Assembly (NCBI GenBank): GCA_047495785.1
Contig: JBLDXI010000021.1
Span: forward strand, 1,798,001 to 1,862,000
Length of the DNA: 64,000 bases
Source of the DNA: Lepidodermella squamata
Lineage: Eukaryota; Animalia; Gastrotricha
Direction: 5' to 3'
A model generated the notes under the pieces. It was not told the DNA's origin, did not search any database, and saw only the letters and a list, made by a program, of their open reading frames with translations. Numbering within the stretch: position 1 is the stretch's first letter; the number at the start of each line of letters is the position of its first letter. Positions 1-10,374 of the stretch are shown here, in pieces. Made by a program: the position numbers and the translations under genes.

Positions 1-553
1 TTCACCAAACCAGCAATATCGCAATCGCGCCAGTTTAGGCCGCGATTCTGATTACTATTCAACAAGCGAGGCCTGACATTTAGCTTAGAAATAATAATTT
101 CTCAGTAAAATTAAAAGATGCAACGAAATTACAGGTAGAAGGAACATAGAATATAGTATTTCATCTCATGTACAACATACGGCTAAAACAATACGGAAAG
201 AGGCGAGGTGACACATGAATATGATTTCGAAACGGCACTGTAAATGCATCACCTTCTCAGACGTTAAATAGAAATGAATTATCGTTTTCAGCAACGACTT
301 TGCCTGAACTTCCGCACGCAGTAATATAAAATAATAATAATAATAGGGACGGTTTTCAGAGTTAATTTATCATCATAATTCTGCGAACGAGATGTTCATA
401 AGTAATAATCAACAAAGAAACTACGCCGTCGTCGACAGAAAGGCGTTCGAGGAACATGAATATTAGGGCTATTTAAGGTATTCATAACAATAAGAAATGA
501 AAGCCTTCGAAAACAGTGCGAGAAACTATTCGGAATAATCACCACCTTCACCA

Positions 554-2673
554 TCACTTGGGCGCACCGCTACTGCTCGATGCTCTGCTGTCCAGAAAGC
601 TCAATTTATCTTGTTGCTGAGAGTCCAAACTACTTTCCTCCGTACCTCCGGATGCTTCGATGGGCATTTCGTCGTTCGATTGCGAGGTGCTGACCTGATC
701 AATCTCACATACGGCAGTATCAGGCATTTTTGCTCCAAAATCAAGCACGATCAATTTGGTGTCTTCGACTCCGTTGCGACTGCCGACAGCGCAAACAAGC
801 CGGGTGTTGGTCGCACCCAGGCGCCAAACAACTCCACCCCGACCGGCCGATTCAAGTTCGCATAAATTACGAACAAATTCACCCTTTGCCCGCCAATCCC
901 ATAATTTCACAGTGCCGTCATCAGACGAAGTCACAACATATCGCCCGACGACTTGCAAGGATGTCACAGCGGAGCCGTGTTTCTGAGCGCCGGCAAGAGT
1001 GAAAACACATTCTCCGGTTGTTAAGTCCCAAACTTTCACGAATGAATCAGCATTAGCAGACACCAGTAAATTTGGTGTCGCCAATTCGAGGCCCGATGTT
1101 AGAGACTGGTGACCAACAAGCACGTGGATTTGCTGCCCAGTTTTAGCATCCCAAACACGAATAGTAGCATCTAATGAGCCTGATATAACGTAGCGCTACG
1201 ATGGAGAAACAAAATAATTAATAGCAAATAACAAGAATTCGACAACTTACGCCATCAAACAAGAGGCTGTAAACACGATGGGTGTGACCGGCGAGGTTAA
1301 AAAGAGCGACGCCAGTGTCAGCATCCCATATTCTGATTGTTTGATCATACGCCCCGGAAACAATACGATTGCCTTCCATCTGTACACAACGCACTGCAGC
1401 TTGGTGGCCGACGAATACACGTTTACATAGCCCGGTTGTAACATCCCAAAGACGAACTGAGGCATCACGGGAACCACTTACGATATTGTTTCCACGAAGA
1501 CATAGGCAGCGAACCTGCCGATGAAAAATTCATTTCATTTTTCAAGTTGCCAAATTAAAACCTACAGTTGAGGTGTGTCCACTCAATGTAAATAGTAAAG
1601 TTCCTGTTTCGACGTTCCAAACACGGATGGTCCGATCAGTTGATCCACTGACCAAGGTATTGCCTGAAAGCTGGCTGCACCAGACACCACCTTGATGACC
1701 TTGTAAAATTTTGTGCACATGGCCTGTCTCAGCATTCCAAACGCGCAAAGTATGGTCGTCTGAGCCGGAAACGATCCATCGACCGTCGAATTCGAGACAA
1801 GTTATAACATGATCTTCATGGGCGCGAAGAATCATGGGATTTGTTAGAGGCCGCTTGGCCCACGCTTGCTCGACCCGCTTTTGGTAGAGGAACATCTAAA
1901 TAAAAGAGTTATTAACGATATGTATATCGCGATAACAATGTTAATCTCGTAATACCTGCTTAGGAGAGGGCGTTCCTTTGAAGTCTGAAAAGCTGTTCGA
2001 TGGACACGTCTTCGTCCGTGCTCCGTCAAAAGAATTCATAAACTGAGCACATTGCACTTTCCACAAAGATTCGGAGCTGGCAAGACGGCGCCAATGCTGA
2101 GAAACACGACCGGCATTAAGGAGGTCTTCGGCATCCAAATGAGATAAAATGTAAATGCCGATTTCAGTAGGCAACAAGCGAAGAAAGTCGCGTTGTAGAT
2201 GAGGTTGGATGAGATCAAGAACGTGGTGTATTTGCCATAACTCGCAACAAGATACCAATTTTGAAAGAGCAGACCGTTGTACTTCGGGAGGTTGAGCCTA
2301 TAAAACAGTACTTTCGACAACAGCAAACTAACTGCTAAATGCAAACCTTAAAACTGCTGGCCCATACTTCTGGAGCAAACGGCATATTCAGTGCCTCACG
2401 ATCGCTATCGGGGGCAAATAGCTGTTTCGATAAATTAGATTTGGAGCGTGACTCCATGGAAAATGAATGCGCAGTGATTTTGGCTCTCCGCTGTGGATGC
2501 TTAAATATCGTTCTATGAGAGTAAGGGCTGTAAAAAATGTGAACGATTACATAATTAAATTCCACAGAAAACCATGCTTACCGTTTTGATATCGGAGATT
2601 TCTTCCGAACCTTTCTGCTCAATTCTTGGCACTCTACCTCCGCGGAGGGGAATGATGAAGATGGCGATGACAT
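554..2673 (-). CDS. FBXW7: F-box/WD40 protein 7 (sel-10/archipelago orthologue), multi-exon
   Basis: F-box (QRDFLRLLPTEIGIYILSHL...RVSQHWRRLA) followed by 8 WD repeats with FBXW7-diagnostic text (AHEDHVITCL, GHQGGVWCS, GHTSTVRCL, GHQAAVRCV, GHTHRVYSL, GHQSLTSG, KHGSAVTSL, GGVVWRL...CAVGSRNGVEDTKLIVLDF). The three phosphodegron-binding Arg positions are present. ATG at 2673; short GT-AG introns join the ORF-track fragments in frame. Confidence 0.95.
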
Positions 2674-3878
2674 GATATAATCAAAATTCTATCAAATCAA
2701 ATATTGTGAAAAGATTACATCCTACTTCCTGATTTTCAAAGCGAATGTTCAACAGAACAAGAGCTTCCATGTTCCATATGATGACGAAGAGTCAAGACAT
2801 CATGTTGTTATTTAGCCATCATGTTGTTAGATATGGACAGAGCAATGTAGTAGTTTTCGAAATTGACACTAACGTACTTGAAAGCTGAAAGCCGATATTG
2901 ACAGCAAACTAGATGAGATGGGGACCAACGACATGTTTTTTCAAAACATGACTTGCACATGAATGCAGCCGGCAACCGGCACTCGTAATCGATAACAACG
3001 ACGGGCTCTGTAACATGCTGCTGAGCAGAAGAATAACAAACGAATTCATAGGTATCTTCTATCACACAAAGATAGCTTCTGACTTCTGACTGCTGTCAAA
3101 TCCCTGACAGTCCCATAATAAATCATAAATGATAGTAAAATATCATCACGAAAGCCATGCGCGCCAACAGCCGAAAGCTGAATGTGGCCAAATCAACCTA
3201 GGCATCATTGCGCCTAATTCTTCGTGTTATTTCGTCATTGTCATGATTTGCGAGAATGCTCTTTGCCGCCAGGCCTTTCGGCTTTACGCAATTTTTTGAC
3301 CATCAAATAATGACAGAAAAGACAAAAATCGCACAGAATGGTAGTAGGACAGGACACATTTACACCCAAAGCCCTTCGCTTACAACGTTCACGGAGATAA
3401 GCTCTTTGGCGCGGCAGCGAAGAAGGATTCTAAGTTTTATTATTATTATGTCGGTGAAAAACAAAACAATCCATAAATTAAAATACAAATTTATTGCTCA
3501 ACCAAATTTAATATGATATTTATATAATTATAAAGCTGATAATGGTTTTAAATTTGCCGCGGACAAAAAGAGCGTCCCAAAATATTGCAAGTCTTGACAA
3601 TCAAGTTAAGCTCTCAGTCTTTCGTTTTGTCGGAATCGGACAAATCGAGAACAGAAAAATTCCCCGGAAGTATACTTGATCCAAGTTTCCGGCTGATATC
3701 TGAGCTAGAGCTGCCGTATGGCGCTGAATGGTGTTGAAAATTATTGCTAAAATTGCCACGGTTACTTTACCAGGCCTACTGAAGTCTCGAAGCGTCAAAG
3801 AACCTAACTAACCATTAGTAAAAAGAGAGTCTGACCGAGTGAGCTTGACAACAATCGAAGTTCGCCGCTATTAGGAAA

Positions 3879-4087
3879 GCACGTAGTCAGGGGTTAAGCG
3901 TCAACTGTGCTTTCTCTGAAGGTCAGTGGTTCGCCTCCAAGTCACGGCGCTTGTGTAACTGAGCAGAGCACTTAACCTCTTAACCCCTACTGCTCCGGCT
4001 GGGTGGCAGTAATACCCTCGGTCGTCGATCCTTCACCGGGATCGCCCAACCATCTCGGTCAGCAATAACCGAACGAAGCCGCATGAC
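3879..4087 (+). mobile_element. tRNA-derived SINE with CORE-like segment (degenerate)
   Basis: A-box-like TAGTCAGGGG (~3884), B-box-like GGTTCGCCTCC (3928-3938), then TGTGTAACTGAGCAGAGCACTTAACCTCT (3952-3980), which resembles the MIR/CORE-SINE core TGTGTGACCTTGGGCAAGTCACTTAACCTCT. Ends approximate. Confidence 0.55.
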
Positions 4088-4118
4088 CATAGACAATAAT
4101 GTATCATCATTGTCTATG
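4088..4118. mobile_element. 31-bp CATAG-terminated hairpin, probable P-type transposon footprint
   Basis: catagacaataatg-tat-catcattgtctatg (14-bp arms, 1 mismatch), flanked by cgcatgac / tgcatgac (7/8 direct repeat). Confidence 0.55.
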
Positions 4119-4609
4119 TGCATGACACTCGTCCAAGTCATGTGATGTAGTGCGGCGTCCTATCTACGTCACATGGTCCAAGTGGGTATGGTGCCAATGG
4201 AGCTTGCAGTGTCGCACGGTGCAAAAGTTCTATGGTGCAAAAGATGGACGCAGAAACGGAAAGCAATACCCGTCGATCTGCGACATCACACCCTCTGGTA
4301 CACACAATATACGGCTCATGATACGGCTCGGCGACCCGACATCCTCTGCTTTCGGCCATCAACAGCCACTAGATTAACACTTGAGTGCTTGTTCTAAATA
4401 TGCCTTACCATTTGCTAAAATCATGTAGATGATGCTTGCACGACAATAAAGCTTTTTTTTAGTTTGAACCGTTCTAAAAAGAGTCGAACAAGCTAAACTT
4501 CACCAAACCGGACTCAAACCAAACCCGTGGAAATAGGTTCAAGTTATGGACAACAAACTCGCAAAACATTGATAGCGCAAAAAAATTGTTAGAACTGTTA
4601 GAACGGCTG

Positions 4610-5270
4610 TAGGCTGGAGCATCCATTGCAGCCAGTACGTACAACATCGGAAATTGTTGCCCGTATGCGAAAGCATGGATCATGGACACCTGCCTAAACA
4701 TCTTGAGACAGGACTTGAATGTCCCGTCCATGAACCATGCAAACGCATTCGCCAGGTAATAAAGCGTTCTTCGGCTTCCGAATATCAGCATCCGCTGCGG
4801 GTCATCGGCATCTGAGCTGCAGAGAGCCATTGACTCGCCATTACGAACGATCAATTTGAACTTCGTCGATCTGAGGCAGCCTTTTCGGCATCAGTGCACT
4901 AGCGTATCGTTGAAGAGCTAATGAAAGGTTTATTAGAGATATCAAACTTAGCTAAAAGAGAGCTTACAGCTTCTTAGGTACTTGAAATCAGGCATAGTAG
5001 CCGCGACATCATCCCGATGAGCTAGGTCAGTTGCTGCAATGATTTCTTTGCTGGCAGTCGTGAATACCTGGCCTTTGTTCGTCCGGTTAGGATTCGCCCT
5101 GATCATATGAAAGCTCTTTGAGAGCAGCTGTTGAGGAGCAGGTTCCGGCCTAGGATGGTTGTGGCGATCATCGTAGATCGTAGTCGAGTTGGCACTTCAA
5201 GTAGTGCGTAAAATTTCTAGCTTTTTTTGCTGGAAGTAGCCATTGATTTCATGTACGCTTCTTCCGTTTT
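4610..5270 (-). pseudogene. Degenerate Mutator-like (MULE) transposase remnant
   Basis: ORF 4474-4854 contains LIFGS...LANAFAWFMDGTFK...F.Q...IHA...FP.LYVL, the N-terminal part of the MULE DDE domain. An upstream HNHP motif near 5150-5165 resembles the end of a FLYWCH/WRKY-type zinc finger. The frame is broken and truncated. Confidence 0.75.
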
Positions 5271-5513
5271 GAACCTCAAGGCGCCGCCAAACAACAAGGG
5301 TGAACAGAGAAACAAGAACGAAAACAAGAACGATATCAAACACAACGACAACCATAAATGCGATTAAACGAGGCAGTAGTAGGCCTCAAGAAAACTCAAG
5401 AAAACTCAAATATCTGCGTATCGATTTTCGAATTCTAAGATAGGAGACGGCAGGCATTTTGCTCATAGCACTTGCGCTGTTTGTGTTTATTACTTGTTGA
5501 AAATCGGCTCCCG

Positions 5514-8500
5514 ATGCTCTGGCAGGCAGTGAGTCTTCTCGTCATCATTCAACTTTCGCTATGGTGCCAAATTCTGCCCACGTCATTTCTTCACTGGTCT
5601 GGCATTGGTGTCGACAACGGTACTGTCCTGATTTCGCCTGTCCTGATTTCGAGGAAACTGGGTCAACTGGACAAAGGTCAAAGTTGCTGTTCGGTTACGC
5701 ATGGAATCACGCCTTCGTTTGACAAGCCGGTGCCGAGGCTCGTAAGAATCAATGTTTACTTTGAATATTTACACCATCTGCTGCGGGAAAATCCTGACTT
5801 GCCGTTGCTTAGCAACGGTTTCCATGGTAACGGCGTCTGTGACAACGGTGCCCCTTCGATTCATGACGGTCGAAGCCTTGATACCATCACCCATGAGTGG
5901 TACGCAATTTTCTTCTCCTTCAATTCTCGTAATCCGTTTCGTCAGCTTACGCGCCAAAGAGCAACGATTATGATATTTCTATTGATATCTGGAATCGCGC
6001 CCAATCCCGGTCCCCCGGAAACTGTTGCGGAAATGGCTCCGCCGACACTCGAACATTCAGATCTAGTCGAGTCTCGCTTCTCATCTGACCTTCACGCTCT
6101 CTTTCACGCGAATCTTAATGGACTGCTGACTGTCGAAAAACTGCCTGAATTAGCAGAATTCGCAGAGGTCATCCGCCCGATGGCTATACTTCTGGGTGAA
6201 ACTAAAATACCCGATGGTTGCACCCCTAGCCACGTCGAGGACGAGTTTTCGCCTAATCCCGGTCTCAAAGACCCGTATCTAGGTTACGAATGTTTCTGGA
6301 AAGGCCGGAATCAGAAAAGAGCTGGCGGCGTCGGAGTGCTTATCTATAAGGCCTACAAAGTATTTTCCGAGCGAATTATACCCTCTAAAACAATCGAAAA
6401 TTTACAATGCGTCATCCAATTACCGTCCGGGAAGCGATTGGCTCTTACTGCGATCTATCGTAGCCCTACTAATAGCGAGGTATTCAGCAACACTGATGCG
6501 GACGAGCTCGAACACTTTCTGACAGATTGCATGTCTACCCAAGCCGATTATCATGTAATCACAGGTGACTTCAATTGGAATTTGTTAACCCCGAAAGTGG
6601 CGGCGGCTATACGGGAGGTCTTCAGCGACTTCGGTATGCAACCAGCCTACTCGAACGTAGTTACTCGACCTGCATCAGGCAAATGCCTGGATCACTATTG
6701 GTCCAACATTCCTGAGTTCGAAATAGCAGAGAGTGGCTCAGTTGTTGGTCTCAGCGACCATTACGGGACCGCCATGGTTATTCGTGATAAAGGCGACGTG
6801 AAACCTAGCCGATCGAACGTTCGCCTTATTCGTGATCTGCGTGGTGTTGACTCGGAAAGGTTGAATTGCCGGTTACAAGAGAAACTCGCCAATTTGGATT
6901 GCGATGCGCTAGATTGCGAAGGTCTATGGCAGAAACTTAAATGTTATCTACTAGAGGTTTTAAACGAAGTTGCGCCATTGATCGTCAAAAAACCTGACAT
7001 GAGGAAGAAACATCGAACGAATATGGACCCAAATCTCTCCCGACGTCAACGCCAAAGACTGCGTCGGAAAGAAAGACGGGCAAAATACCGAAAGCGAATT
7101 TCTGATGCCGGGCGAGATCCGCGAAAAATCTGGCGAGTCATTGGTGACTTCAGGCCAAAACCGAAGAAAGGCGGTTCGTCGTTTAACGACCTTGGAAAGG
7201 AGGAAGCGGCTGAGAAAGCTAACTGCTTCAATTTGTTTTTTGTCCAAGCTGGTGCAAAGACCGCTCAAGCATTGGCTGCTGGGCTGAACTTCACTCGACG
7301 CTTCAGGTCGAAGTCTTCCTTCAAATTTCGCTCCATTTCTGCAACAGAAGTCGAAGCAGCTATCGACAGGTTAACGCATAAAACAACAACTGGTTTTGAT
7401 GGCATTCCAGAAAGTATCTTGAAACTGGCTAAACCGACAATCGTGCCTTATCTTGTCAAACTGTTCAATTTAGCGATTGCTGAGAGCGTCTTTGTCGATG
7501 ACTGGAAAGCCTCAATTGTTAGCCCACTGCACAAATCTGGCAACAGAGTGGACGTTGGCAATTACCGACCTATTTCAATAACATCCCCTGTAGCTCGCAC
7601 ATTCGAGCGCTGCCTAGCGGGTCAGCTCAAGGTTCATCTTGCGACATATTTTACATCGGCTCAGCATGGGTTTCGAGAAAAACATTCAACGGACACATGT
7701 GTAGCCGAATTCACGGAGGATTGGCGCAGAGCGATGTGCGAAGGTAAGATTGTTGGAGCAATGTCGATTGATCTTTCGAAAGCTTTCGATACTCTCAATC
7801 ACGAGGGTATTCTTGAATCGTTCCGAAGTGCAGGCCTGACGGAACCAGCGATTCGACTTTTGCGGAGTTATCTGGGCAATCGAAGACAGGCTACAAAGGT
7901 CAATTGCGAACTTTCATCCTTTGAACCAATACATCATGGAGTGCCGCAGGGATCCGTTCTCGGCCCATTGATGTTCACTGTTTACGTAAACGAGCTACCG
8001 TCGGTTGTTACGCATTGCAAAATAAAACAATACGCCGACGACATCACGATCTACTTTGCAAGCCGTAATATCAATGAATTACGCTCCGTCCTACAAAATG
8101 AAATGAACCGGGTCTGCAAGTGGTTGGCAAACAATTCTCTACTTGTCAATGGTAAGAAGTCTCAATTTATGATACTCAAGTGCGCCGTTCCTTCGGCTCC
8201 AAACTTCGCTATCACTATCGGCGATGCGGTTGTCCAACCGTCAAATGAAATGATAACTCTCGGATTTATCATCGACGACAAACTCACCTTCAAGAAACAA
8301 ATAAGGAGTGCCAAGAGCAAGGCGAGAAGAGGGCTCTACGCCCTTCGCTTGGCCGTCAAGTTTGTCGATAGAAAGACGGCGATTATGATGGCCAACGGGC
8401 TTGTGTTTAGTCATTTGAATTACGGTGACATCACGCTGGGTCAGGCAGCGCCGAGTTCGCTAGCCAAATTGCAATCAACTCAAGATCGGGCCATTCGTGT

Positions 8501-8879
8501 CATTTGCGGTGCACATCCCTTGGCTGATCCCGAACCATTAAGACGCCGTCTAGGTTGGGTCGACGTGAATCAAAAACACGCGATCCACCTTGCTACATTC
8601 ATCTGGAACTGTCTACATCAACAAGCGCCATCAATGTTGCAAACACTATTCCAATTGAACGAAGCCAGCGCGTACGGCTTTCGTCACTTTGAGCCAATGA
8701 TCAAGCCAACAGAACGCAAAGAGCGCGGTGCACTCAGTTTAGGCTACCGTGGGCCTGATTGGTGGAACCAGCTTCCGACGGCAGCACATCAAGCAGAATC
8801 AGCGCAGGAATGTCGTGAAGCTGTTTATCAGTATTGTTATTCCAATAATGCCGGCAAATTGAAATTGAATATAAATTAG
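5514..8879 (+). CDS. LINE polyprotein: hydrophobic leader, 2A-like motif, apurinic endonuclease, reverse transcriptase
   Basis: First in-frame ATG at 5514 (alternative 5970). APE motifs ANLNGL, LGETK, AIYRSP, GDFN, LDHYW, SDH. RT motifs NYRPISIT, QHGFR, IDLSKAFD, GVPQGSVLGPLMF, YADD, LGFIID. No stops. Confidence 0.95.
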   Translation: MLWQAVSLLVIIQLSLWCQILPTSFLHWSGIGVDNGTVLISPVLISRKLGQLDKGQSCCSVTHGITPSFDKPVPRLVRINVYFEYLHHLLRENPDLPLLSNGFHGNGVCDNGAPSIHDGRSLDTITHEWYAIFFSFNSRNPFRQLTRQRATIMIFLLISGIAPNPGPPETVAEMAPPTLEHSDLVESRFSSDLHALFHANLNGLLTVEKLPELAEFAEVIRPMAILLGETKIPDGCTPSHVEDEFSPNPGLKDPYLGYECFWKGRNQKRAGGVGVLIYKAYKVFSERIIPSKTIENLQCVIQLPSGKRLALTAIYRSPTNSEVFSNTDADELEHFLTDCMSTQADYHVITGDFNWNLLTPKVAAAIREVFSDFGMQPAYSNVVTRPASGKCLDHYWSNIPEFEIAESGSVVGLSDHYGTAMVIRDKGDVKPSRSNVRLIRDLRGVDSERLNCRLQEKLANLDCDALDCEGLWQKLKCYLLEVLNEVAPLIVKKPDMRKKHRTNMDPNLSRRQRQRLRRKERRAKYRKRISDAGRDPRKIWRVIGDFRPKPKKGGSSFNDLGKEEAAEKANCFNLFFVQAGAKTAQALAAGLNFTRRFRSKSSFKFRSISATEVEAAIDRLTHKTTTGFDGIPESILKLAKPTIVPYLVKLFNLAIAESVFVDDWKASIVSPLHKSGNRVDVGNYRPISITSPVARTFERCLAGQLKVHLATYFTSAQHGFREKHSTDTCVAEFTEDWRRAMCEGKIVGAMSIDLSKAFDTLNHEGILESFRSAGLTEPAIRLLRSYLGNRRQATKVNCELSSFEPIHHGVPQGSVLGPLMFTVYVNELPSVVTHCKIKQYADDITIYFASRNINELRSVLQNEMNRVCKWLANNSLLVNGKKSQFMILKCAVPSAPNFAITIGDAVVQPSNEMITLGFIIDDKLTFKKQIRSAKSKARRGLYALRLAVKFVDRKTAIMMANGLVFSHLNYGDITLGQAAPSSLAKLQSTQDRAIRVICGAHPLADPEPLRRRLGWVDVNQKHAIHLATFIWNCLHQQAPSMLQTLFQLNEASAYGFRHFEPMIKPTERKERGALSLGYRGPDWWNQLPTAAHQAESAQECREAVYQYCYSNNAGKLKLNIN
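5804..5846. promoter_or_regulatory. Tandem RFX X-box motifs inside the LINE 5' region
   Basis: GTTGCTTAGCAAC (5804-5816), GTTTCCATGGTAAC (5818-5831, a full match to GTHNYYATRRNAAC), and a degenerate third site ending GTGACAAC (to 5846). Confidence 0.55.
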
Positions 8880-9112
8880 CCTTGATTTTGTCTTGTATGT
8901 ATCTTATATTTTTATAAAGCTATCCAGCTTGTCAAGAATTGTTGTTGCCTAAAAATTGTTGTTACATCACTACTACACTATCTGCACTCGTAAAAAGCAA
9001 TTTTTGTTATCATTTGCCAATGTCCTATTCATCTGTAAACTGTCCTGCAATTACATGTTTCACTTTCAAATTACCTCTTGTCAAGCTGCCCTCTTCTGGG
9101 CGTTAAAGCTTA

Positions 9113-9140
9113 TAAATAAATAAATAAATAAATAAATAAA
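9113..9140 (+). repeat. (TAAA)7 microsatellite tail of the LINE
   Basis: Seven perfect TAAA units directly after the LINE 3' UTR. Confidence 0.95.
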
Positions 9141-9176
9141 CTTCCACTTTTCGCGCCCGTTTTTACACCTTTTTAC

Positions 9177-9279
9177 ATTCGGACAACGGATATTTCATTT
9201 TCACCTGATGGACGAACGGCATTCGGACTATTGGCAATTTTATTCGGACATACGTTTATCGGTCAAATGCAAACAAATC
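9177..9279. repeat. ATTCGGAC subterminal-type repeats, possible DNA transposon (MULE) end
   Basis: ATTCGGAC at 9177, 9221 and 9242, plus ATCGGTCAAATG at 9258. The partner end was not found. Confidence 0.4.
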
Positions 9280-10180
9280 ATATAACCTGTGCTCAACAAA
9301 CTATGAGACATAACTGATTAACAAAGGCCAGCATAGACGCATAACTGGTGAATTCTGAAATGAATATTCCTTATTAATGGCTCATTTCAAACGCAAAACG
9401 ACGATAAATCTGGCTCACCGTGTTTTGCCTATTTTTCCTAGATGACACAATTGAAGTCTTCATGAGTGCTCGATTATTTTCCGCCCATTGAGATCCGTTT
9501 GTTCCCTTCCGCTAAGTTGTAGCCTTATCTTCGCTGATTTCGATGTCTCCACCGAGATTGAAGTCATCTGGGATTGTGAAAGTCTCGGGAGGCTTAAAAA
9601 TCATTGCGCTTATTAAACTGTTTCACACTGGTTGTTCGAAGATGCCGTTTCGAATCTCAAAACGGAATCGATGATACTCTGTACCTACATTGTATGTAAT
9701 GGGGTCTCCGTCACAACTGTTTAAAATGCGATTTGAACCGTATTGAATCTAGCAGCGGGTTTTCATCAGCCCTAACTCCCACCTATCTTGGGAGTGTCGT
9801 CATCATTTGTTATAGATTGATAAGGACCAATACTAGATGATCTTGGGCTGCTGTCAAATATTGTCAAATATAGCAAAAAATGTCGACCCAAACCGCATTG
9901 AAGTTAGCCGAAATCCGAAAAAATTACTCTCGAGGTCATGGGACGCACCTTACCTGGATTTTTCGATCCACACCTGTCCAGGTGATGCTGATGAAAAAAT
10001 AAAAAGCACCATCTTAATCAGCGTCATTTGTTACGTAATATACTGCTGTCAGATATAGCAAATGGGGTCCCAAATCGATGCACCCTTTTTATATGGTAAA
10101 AACTGAACTTGGCAGCGAAAAGTTGGCAGCACGCCAACGGAGGGTGATGCAAATGTAATTTTTTCTATTATTGGCATATT

Positions 10181-10359
10181 CATAGAGAATAGAGTTACCA
10201 GAGATGAAACTCCTATTGGAAACTTAAAGTTTTAATTCTTTTGCCGATTTCCGTAAATTTTCATTATGGCGGATCTTTTTGAAACTCGCGCATACATGTT
10301 TACATGTAAAAAACGGTGTTCCAATATGACTTTCATCTCTGGTAACTCTATTCTCTATG
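10181..10359. mobile_element. P-element-type MITE, 41-bp TIRs, 8-bp TSD
   Basis: TIR catagagaatagagttaccagagatgaaactcctattggaa (2 mismatches to the right copy). Perfect direct repeat ggcatatt at 10173-10180 and 10360-10367. CATAG termini. Confidence 0.85.
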
Positions 10360-10374
10360 GGCATATTATTGGTC

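Larger units (their letters stand above)
5275..9140 (+). mobile_element. Full-length-looking non-LTR retrotransposon (LINE; CR1/L2/Crack-group type), single ORF
   Basis: Intact APE+RT ORF, ~230-nt 3' UTR with a small GCCC-TCTTCT-GGGC stem-loop (9088-9101), and a (TAAA)7 tail at 9113-9140. The 5' boundary is approximate and no TSD was found. Confidence 0.9.

Noticed and set aside
6244-6266. Second NPG-containing motif (FSPNPGL) in the LINE APE domain
   Set aside because: Lacks the essential terminal Pro and lies within the endonuclease fold.
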